DNA of 64,000 nucleotides. Source: Octopus sinensis. Taxonomy: Eukaryota. Under the pieces are notes generated by a model. It worked only from the letters and a program-made list of their open reading frames with translations, made no database searches and was not told where the DNA came from. Positions 51,970 to 64,000 of this stretch are shown one piece after another. Location: contig NC_043007.1 of the NCBI RefSeq assembly GCF_006345805.1, positions 56,172,001 to 56,236,000 on the forward strand. Reading direction: 5' to 3'. A program made the translations under genes and the position numbers. The first letter of the stretch is position 1; each line of letters begins with the position of its first letter.

Positions 51970-53214
51970 CAGACAGACAAACAGACAGACAGATAGACAA
52001 ACAGACGGACAGACTGGTGTGTGGAGAGGAGTATAGAGTAGTAAGAATGAGCAGATTACACGTAAATAAACGGGGACTTGACAAGGCTTGAAGAATAGCT
52101 GATTGGATAGACAAACAAGCACTAGTGGCATCCGTCGATAATCAATAGTTTTGATAAAACTAAGGGTGAAAATGCGCCATGAGTGGAAGCAAGCGAGGTC
52201 ATTGAATAACTGACGTGAAATTCGTTAGTTGGCAGTATTAAGTTGATATTCTCCGGCAAAAAAATGCTGTTTGAGGATTCATGAATGTTTAGAGATGAGA
52301 AGGGATCCGTATGTTGCAACAATGTCCGTTAGAAAGATCTTTCACACCGTATAATGATTTTCCAACCAATAAACTGAATCGGAGTGTGTGTAGGTATGTG
52401 TATTGTGTGCGCGTGTGTGCGGGTGTGTATGTGTGTGTGCGCGCGCACACGTGCGTATGTGTATGTATGTGTGGGTAGGTATGTGTGTGAGTGTGTGTGT
52501 GTATAGGTGTAGGTGTGTAGTAGGGTGTGAGTGCGTATTCCCAACCAATAAACTGAAATATGCACTGTAATTATCGAGATCGTTGCCCTCGAATTTCAAA
52601 ATCTGTAGAACAATTCTAGATGTGTACATTATCCCTGACTGGATTCGAACTAAGAATTTATAACTCTAATTAGTAGTAGTGCCGATATCTACCTTAAGAG
52701 GTAAGTACCGACATTACTACTACTGATATATCAAACCAACATAGGATAGATATTGTAAATATCGTATAAATATAAATAACTATTAGCATAAAGCTAATAG
52801 TCAGGTGATAGAAATTAGTTTTCTACATTTGATATATAGGGTCAACCTTAAGGATACACGTTAAGTGTACCTCTGTGAGTGGAATACTGAACCTCTTATA
52901 AGCTAATTTAACGAAGAGGAACTCAGCTGGCTAAACAACTGAATGAATGCAGACACACACACACACATTTTCTTTAGTTTTATTTGCTGAGTGTGACGGA
53001 AACGACGGAGATGAATATGCTTGATCTGTTTAAATTGTTGCAGGTAATTACCAGCAGGAAAGACATGAGCATGAGGAGATTCCAGCGAGACGGTGATCAG
53101 GGTGGAAGGACTGGGAACCGACTAAGGGGTGGTTCAGTGCAACAGCGGTTACGAGAGAGAGAGGAAGGTTACAAGAAGAGGTACGAGAAAGCCTACTCCC
53201 TGGAACACAGAGCA

Positions 53215-53380
53215 TTATGTTCAGTACTCAACTGGTACTTAGGTACTTATTTTAACTACTCTGAAAAGATGAAAAACAAAGTCAGCCTCCGCGGAATTTG
53301 AACTCAGACCGTAAAGATGGAAAAAATGCTGCTGTGCATTTTACTCGGCGTGCTAACGATTCTGTCAGCTCGTCGCCTTC
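53215..53380 (-). mobile_element. SINE family B
   Basis: aactggtactt..gaaaagatgaaa..gcggaatttgaactcag..gctaacgattctgtcagctcgtcgcc. Confidence 0.75.
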
Positions 53381-53913
53381 CCATCGCATGTAACCAAAAT
53401 ATTATTAATTTTGCTGGAATCATTGATATTCAATTTAAGAACAAATTCTAGCAACATTAATTAGTATCCTATGCCGGCACATCCGACGTGGTCCGCTCTA
53501 AAATCAAAACATCGTCCACGAATAACTGATCAGCGACGTATCAAACCTGCACTGACTTCAGAATCATGTCATACCTCGGACACTTCCTTCAATGTAACCG
53601 TATCAATCTTGCCTTTTTCAACAAGTATCCATAATTGCTTCTCATATCAGATATCATCATACCCGAATCCTTAAACATGAGGAACATCCAATAGTTTCTG
53701 CACTTGCTCCAATTGTTTGGCTCTTTTCTTCTGGTCCAAAAAAACAATTCGCTCATTATCAACTGCTGACATTCTACAGATCTCATCTGAAACGCACAAT
53801 TGTGTGTTTCCACATTTGGGACCGTGTTGTTAATACTACGTACATACCTATTGTTGGTCACATCTAGAGAAAGGCCACTCGACTATACGCATAAAATTAA
53901 TCCCAGATTAATT

Positions 53914-56692
<2,779 letters not shown>

Positions 56693-56724
56693 ATATCTAT
56701 CTATCTATCTATGTATCTACCTAC

Positions 56725-56773
<49 letters not shown>

Positions 56774-56810
56774 ATCTATCTATCTATCTATCTATCTATC
56801 TACTTATCTA

Positions 56811-56873
<63 letters not shown>

Positions 56874-57364
56874 TTCTGTTATGATTCTGAAATTAAATAC
56901 ATACATATCAACACAAAGCATATCGGTGGAGAACAAGCTCAAGCAAAACATGTCTGATATTGTTATAGAGCACAGCAAAGAAAAGCCCTACGTCGTCAAA
57001 AAAAGCAGTTGCTGTTAACATCTCTTCCAATATCCGAGTGAAGAGTAAGGAATATTTATCGATATCTACTTCCAGGGCTGGTCCTCACGTTTACACCAAT
57101 GGTTTTGACGAATTTTGCCACTTTTCAAAATGTCTAATTCAAAATGTGAAAAGGCTAGGATTTTCAGGCAAAGAACGAGACAACCCAGCACACACAATAC
57201 AAGTACAACCTGTATGTTTAACAATAAAAATATGCAGGACTTTCTAAAATTCAACATGCATTGATGTTATTCAAAGTTCTAGCGATGGAGCTTTGTTTGT
57301 TTTTTAGTAAGCTGCTCATTGATCCTAGGTGTGTGGTATAAAGATGGCATCTAAATAACATGGC

Positions 57365-57465
57365 TGCAGGGCAAGTGTTTTCTACTATAGCCTCGGGCCG
57401 ACCAAAACTTTGTGAGTGGATTTAGGAGACGGTAACTGAGAGAAGCCCATCGTATGTGTGTGTGG

Positions 57466-57499
<34 letters not shown>

Positions 57500-57695
57500 A
57501 GTGTGTGTGTTTGTCCCCCAGCACCGCTTGACAACAGGTGTTGATTTGTTTACACTCCTGTAACTTAAGGGTTCGGCAGAAGCGAGTGATAGAATAAGTA
57601 TCAAGCTTTAAAAAAAGCCGATTCATTCGAGTAAAATTCTTCAAGGCGTAGCCCCAGCATGGCCGCAGTCTAATGACTGATACAGATAGAAAAGA
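57365..57695 (+). mobile_element. SINE family A (headless)
   Basis: gggcaagtgttttctactatagcctcgggccgacc, (TG)n, tail ccccagcatggccgcagtctaatgactga. Confidence 0.85.
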
Positions 57696-58072
57696 TATTT
57701 GAGGTTTTATTTCATCAGTTTCAGTGTCAATGAAATAAGTACTGTGTTTTGAAATGAAGTTGACGATACATTACTTCAGTAAGTATAATAACATAGTGGG
57801 GACATCTCAGGTAGTTATGTGACAAAGAGAAACATTTTCTCAGCTTACTTTAATCAGGACATGAAGAAACTGGGACCCGAGGGTTGCATGTAGCCCTTTT
57901 GACTTTCTGTGTGCTATAATATTCATGATTAACAATATTTCACGTGGCCTGCAAATAGGAAATGCCTAGTTTAGTTCAACATGTTACTGAGATTAGGAGA
58001 AAGGATATCACTCTTCCATCATCCCTATCCTAAAATACTAAACATGTGTGTCATATCAGAAAAAAATACTGT

Positions 58073-58119
<47 letters not shown>

Positions 58120-59547
58120 TCTAAGAATTACATTTAATTTCTACAAGTGATTCACAGCACCTGGTTTCGCTGTTCATTTTTTTCCCCAACGTTCAGCCAC
58201 TGTTCGTGTTTCTTGATCGTTTATCTAGGAATGTGTTGATCAATGCCATCAGCTGTTCTTTTCTCAAATTTAATATCTACAGAATTTTCTTTGAAACGAT
58301 GCTAGCGGTGGCAAAAGGAAACATGCGTCTTAGATAGGAAATTATGGTGAAGCCTAAACATTTTGATATTATAATACAACGAAACTATGATTAAAATTAT
58401 TTGAATGGCTTTTCTAGGTGATAACATATATCGACTGCATGGAAGCACTTTAACATAAAAGTAGAACACGAATGAATCATCACCTCTACTACCACTACCA
58501 TTATGGCTATCATCATGGTCTGTATCACCACCACCATCGTCGTCGTTGCCGTTATCCTCATCACCGTCATCAGTTCATCGTTATTATTATTTCATTTTTA
58601 GGATATTGGATTTGCAAAACAGTAGTACCGATAATATATTCTTCTTAAATGGAAAAGGCAATCAGGGAAGGCATCGAGAAGTAACCTTAACCATTTCTTC
58701 AAAGCAAAAATCGAAAATTACGTTTTCAAAGGATAAGACACGTTCCAAAACGTGAAAGGATAATAATCAATAGATGGTGGGGTGCGACTGTGGAGATGCG
58801 GTGAGGCAAATAACTCACAATTTGATTTTTGACGGGTCTGAATGAGCGTGTCCTTGAGGGAGTCCATGCATATATGTGCAACTTTCTTGCAAGAATTTAC
58901 TCAGCTGTTCGTGGAGGCTGGTGATCGAGAAAAGACAAACCATCTCATAATCTACTTCAACGGCCTGCTTTACATCTATGCTACCGAGGTGGGCTTTAAC
59001 CTTTCATCATTTCGGGATCGATAAATTAAGTACCAGTCAAGTACTGGGGTCGATATGATCGACTTTCCCATCCCCGTCCCTGTAGCAGAAACGATTATAA
59101 TTATTGTTGTTGCTGTTGTTGATAATGTTGATTTTCATGGTGTAGAGACGAATTTTCTTCTCTGTGATGAAATTATTTTTAGGCAATACAAATGAAAATT
59201 TATTTCTAGTATTTGCCAAAAAGGATTCTAATTACCATAGGATGCGTCGATACCTGACAGGAGCAGGCAAAAAACTTGCTTTTATAGGCTATATTTTATC
59301 TCGCTACATCAAAATACTTTATATATACGCATGCTGTAAAAATTAAATATTGCAACAGCAAAGAACATGAAAAAACAGCATAAGAACAAATTGCACAAGA
59401 GATAAAAAAAAAATAGTGAACATTTCACTGAAAAATAAAAGAAATAATTCAAGAAGTCTAACAAATAACTTTGAAGATAGTGATAACACTGGGACTACGT
59501 TTCAAATCGTTCATATATTAGTTGTGCAAAAATTTACTTATATAATA

Positions 59548-60555
59548 ACTAGCATTATGACCCGTCGTTGTCGGGTCATAGTGCTAGTGTATGTATATAT
59601 GTGTGTATATATATATGTGTACATATTACATGTACATCTATATATATACATCTACACATAAAATACAAAATACAAAGTTATATACTCAAAATATATAACA
59701 GACTGGAATTGTAAGCCCGTCTCTTGCAATTTCGATCAATTGTATCTTGTCCTCCCTCTTGTATAGAAGTGTGGCTACAATCCAGCCTACCTCAACTTCT
59801 GGTGGGGGGTCCTTTTTAATTTTTATCCGGTACGTCCTACGTCCCAGATATAAAGGTAAAAATAAAATATTTCCACTTTGCAAGTTCGAGTCCAGTACCC
59901 CCTTGCACGCTCCGTTGACTCGAACCTTGCTTCTATTGTGGCGAATTTACCGCCTCTGGTTAGATATCTTTCATAGTCGCACCAAGACACTTTTCGATGG
60001 TGCTTTCCTCCAGGTCTTCAAATCTTCTTTTTTCTCTACATTGTATACTTTATAGACAATAGTCTTTTCTTTAATTCAATTTTTTATATTCCATTTCTGC
60101 ACGCTAATTTTATTTTTAATTTATTCCCATTCATGTGAAACCACTTATTCAAGTTCAAGTCATTGATGCAATTTTATACCAATTGCTATTTTTACTTTTG
60201 TTATGCTACGATTATATTATACTTTAGTTTGATTTTAATCATTACTTACTACATATAATTCAATTGTTATTATTATTTTTACTGTTAAAGTGAAAGTATC
60301 TGACATAAAATAGAGAAATGTTTTTGTTTCACTTTTAACACGTAATACTGAAATAGTGGAGAAGATATGATATTGCTATGGGCTCGCTCTAGGCAAGAAG
60401 TTGAACATTTTTTGCCCATGAAACTACATGGACCCTAAGTAAGGCATGTGCAAAATTTGAATGAAATTTGAATGAAATTTGAATGTAGTTCTCAAGTTTT
60501 AGGGAAACACACAGACAGACAGACAGACACATGCTCAGTTTTATATAGAGAGAGA
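59548..60555 (-). mobile_element. Non-autonomous Helitron containing a Tx1 ORF1 fragment (about 59690-60070)
   Basis: Minus 5' end tctctctatataaaactgagcatgtgtctgtctgtc; 3' hairpin gacccgacaacgacgggtc..gCTAG|t; internal LFLPLYLGRRTYRIKIK..PPEVEVGWIVA. Confidence 0.7.
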
Positions 60556-60614
<59 letters not shown>

Positions 60615-60617
<3 letters not shown>

Positions 60618-62308
60618 ATAAGACAAAAAAGAATGAAGAAACTACAGAAGGCTTGTGTTATATAGTTAAAGAATATATTTAAATCGTTATGTTAGAGAAA
60701 TGTTATAAAATGTTGTGTATAGTGACATAGTTTTTGGAGAAATAACTGGTTTCGTATTTTCCTTTCAAATTTCTCAAATTTCTTTACCTATATCTTGTCA
60801 TGTATTCGCTATGTTGTGAAATATGGAGTTCCAGGCAGGGGAAGGTAATCAGGGATCTTTTCCAGTATAAGGGAGATAATCAAAGATGTTGGGAATGACT
60901 AGGCTTGATTAATTTAACATGATTTGGTTTAGAAGGAATAGAATGTTACAAGTGGTTAGGTTTTGCTTTATATTTTTTTCAATGAGGTGAGTTTCCTTAT
61001 TTAAAAATGTTAGAAATGGTTAAATTTTGGCTTATATTTTTCAATGAAGAATGTTTCCTTGTTTAATCTAACTTGTGTTGGGGTTCCAATAGCACATTGA
61101 TAGAATGGAAAGATTACAAATTGTGGTAGCAGTTGCTTTGCACATTTCTCAATATGTTCACTAAAGGGTATCATTCTATATTCTGGGAATGCAATCTGCT
61201 GTCGATGCAGAGTGCATCTGCATCTGAGTGATAATCCCGTGAATCCTATGTAGTTTTGGTGGCAGCCCGAGCATCTTATGACATAAATCAGGTTTTCTAA
61301 AGCACAAGTAAAGTCAGATTTTGAATTTTTGTCCCTCTTTGAAAAGGAATTCTGATCCTTCTAGAAAGTTTGGGCATGCTGTGCAATTTGGTCTACCACA
61401 TTTTTTAACTTTTGCATCCGTTATTTTAGAAAATAATTTTACCTTTGTGAGGATCTTTGTTCGTGATTTAGGTTGTTTGTAGCTTTTAATGATTTTATGT
61501 ATGTGTAAAATTTCCTTTAATTTGGTGTCCTTATGTAGCATTGATAAATTTTGGGTGATGATGGTGAAGGCTTCTTTTGTTTCTGGGGTTGCATGTGGAT
61601 ATGTACGGCAGTATTTTCGGAGAAGGTGTGCTGCTGTGTTGAACTATTCTTAAGGTTTCTATGTCGATTTGTGTTGCACGTCTGATTCCATCCTCTATGA
61701 GTTGGACTGGGTAGTGTCTGTCAATTAGGGTGTTTTTGAGTTCTTGCAGTCTAAAGTTTCTGGTATTTTGTTCTGACACTATTGTGCATAGCCTTCTTGC
61801 AAGGTTGAAGGGGATGTTTGTTTTGGTGTGTCTTGGGTGACATGAATTAAATAGCAGATACTGTTTGGCGTTCGTGGTTTTGTAGAATATGTCTGTTTCT
61901 ATTTTTAGGTTTATATTTTTAATTAGTATATCTAAGAATGGGAGCCCCTTTTGGTGAACTGTATGTTTGGGTTGACGCTGTTCAATAGTCTTTTGAATTT
62001 CAGGAGTTTATATGTGGTTTCATTTCAGAGTATGAAGCAGTCGTCTAGGAAACTTTTCCAATTTTCTTTTATGTATTGGGAAAGGTAGTTTCCAAAGGTA
62101 GATAATGATTCCTGGTATATTATTACCTCCAGGTAGTCCATTGTTAGGTTCGCAATGATTGGTGCTGCCCTAGTACCCATAGCAATTCCGGATTTTTGTC
62201 GGTAAAACGTATTGTCAAACATGAAGTGGTTATTTTGTAGGATGAATTCAACCGATTTAGTTATGAATTCTTTACTGATTCTTTTTGGTATTTCTTCCGG
62301 AAATTGGG
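60615..62308 (-). mobile_element. Penelope-like element (Neptune-like): RT C-half, GIY-YIG endonuclease, 3' pseudo-LTR
   Basis: NHFMFDNTFYRQKSGIAMGTRAAP, FLDDCF, LPFLDI, YLLFNSCHPRHTK.NIPFNLARR, CGRPNCTAC, NLIYVIRCSGCHQNYIGFTG. Inserted between (TG)n and (TA)n. Confidence 0.92.
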
Positions 62309-62384
62309 CATATATATATATGCACACGCATCCATATACACAGTTGTGTATGTATCCCCCCTCTCTCTCTCTCTCTCTCTCTTC

Positions 62385-62416
<32 letters not shown>

Positions 62417-62589
62417 TTCGAGGAGTGAAGCAAATAAATATAAGACGTGTGTCTGTGTGTGTCTCTGTGTGTGTACGTATGGAGAATGACAAGTATGCAT
62501 ATGTGTGTAATATATATATATATATATAGTATGAAAATAATGTGTTTAGATATTCTGTCCGTCATATGCAAAAGTATATGTCAATGGGT

Positions 62590-62790
62590 GGGAGGATCGG
62601 TAGAATGCCTAACAAACTGCTTACGATATTTAGCTACATGTGTATGCGTTCTGAGTCCAAATCTCGTTAAAATCAGTTTGGTTTTTCACCCATTCAGGAT
62701 CAATGAAACTAGTGTGATTATTGGGGATGATTTAACCAGTTTTCCTTCGGTTAAAATGAATGGCACTCCGCCAATGTTAGAAATCCTTAT
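62590..62790 (+). mobile_element. Degenerate SINE family B
   Basis: gcgttctgagtccaaatc..ttttcacccattcaggatcaatgaaactag. Confidence 0.55.
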
Positions 62791-64000
62791 TGTCAGTAGT
62801 AGTCATAGTTTTAAAGGGTCGATTATTAGTATGAAGTGTGGAATACAGTCCCGCGCCCAGTTAAGAAAAGGTTGATTTTTCCTGTCGTTTCCATGCAATC
62901 ACCAGTCCACCTTAATGTTATAGCAATTGTATAATTGCACTTCAATTATAGATTAACATTCAATATATCTGAAGATAGTGCTAGAAGGTTCATGATAATG
63001 CATAATCTTATTTCGGTAACCTTAACATTTTACTTAGGTTTTTACTCCAATCTATCTTCTCAGCAATACTAGGCATGATACAGTATCATATAGTCTCATA
63101 GGTTGTATATCTGAAGAAAATACAAAATTACATAGTAAATCTTCTGATGCCTAAAAGATATTTGGCTGTGGACTTTCTCATTTTCATGCACTTTAGTGAT
63201 GGTGGTGATGGTAGTGGTGGTGGTGGTGGAGTAATGTTTATTTATATTCATAATTAAATAAATATGTAGCTATAGGATGACAAGTGTTAAGGGCCGTGAA
63301 ATGTCTCTTAGGTTATTGACTGACAAAACGCATGATAATGATTTTCCAATGATTTTACCATGACTTTGTAGTGTGTATGGGTGGCAACAGGATATTAATT
63401 AAATTTATTAGCTAAGTCTTTGACAGACGAGGGAAAATAACCCTGAGTGTAAATAACATTAAGTTATCAACAAGTCACCAGGGTGTCCAGAGCGTGCCAT
63501 ATCTGTCCAAAAATTGTTGCCATTCCTAAACGTTTCAATGTAAGTATACCCGGCACATCAACCTATACAATAGTTTTATTATGAAAAACGTCGATTTTCT
63601 GTGTAGTTTACATTGTAATTTCATATAGTAATAGCAATGTTCCCATTAATACCTAATAAATCATTACCCTCCTGATGTCTCCTTCCGATAACGGTATATG
63701 AATGTCAGATGCATTGACTGACAAAGGTATGGACATATATGCATCACTTAAAACGTATATGCTACTGAATACGTGAATATGATACGTTTCTATATGCATA
63801 CATAAATACATACATACATACATACATACATACATACATACATACATACATACATGCATGCATACATACATACATACATACATACATACATACATACATA
63901 CATACATACATACATACATGCATGCATACATATATGTACAAACATATATAAACACACAAATAGTTGTCAAAACTAAAGCGGGTCGTGGAAAAACATTAAC

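Overview
AT-rich, microsatellite-saturated eukaryotic DNA. It is probably octopus/cephalopod, inferred from the SINE families, which I recognise from memory rather than from a search. No host protein-coding gene could be identified, so the window looks intronic or intergenic. It is almost entirely transposon-derived: (1) a young, 5'-truncated CR1-group LINE (33787-37212) whose ORF2 has a single frameshift; (2) three Tx1/L1-clade LINE copies; (3) Penelope-like element (PLE) remnants; (4) Gypsy gag and integrase+LTR remnants; (5) Tc1, mariner, hAT and Helitron elements; (6) RTE fragments; (7) more than 25 copies of two or three tRNA-derived SINE families. Most ORFs in the supplied track are microsatellite artefacts. 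The most interesting signals are: Tx1 copies flanked on both sides, in the same orientation, by (TATC)n, suggesting (GATA)n-targeted insertion; a LINE 3' tail shared with the commonest SINE, with a compensatory base-pair change in its stem-loop; a candidate -1 slippery site joining the LINE's ORF1 and ORF2; and about ten sequence-unrelated fold-back (palindromic) micro-insertions beside microsatellites, several carrying degenerate minimal hammerhead ribozyme cores or a tRNA-like T-arm at the apex. Together these suggest a set of microsatellite-targeting retroelements that feed one another's target sites.
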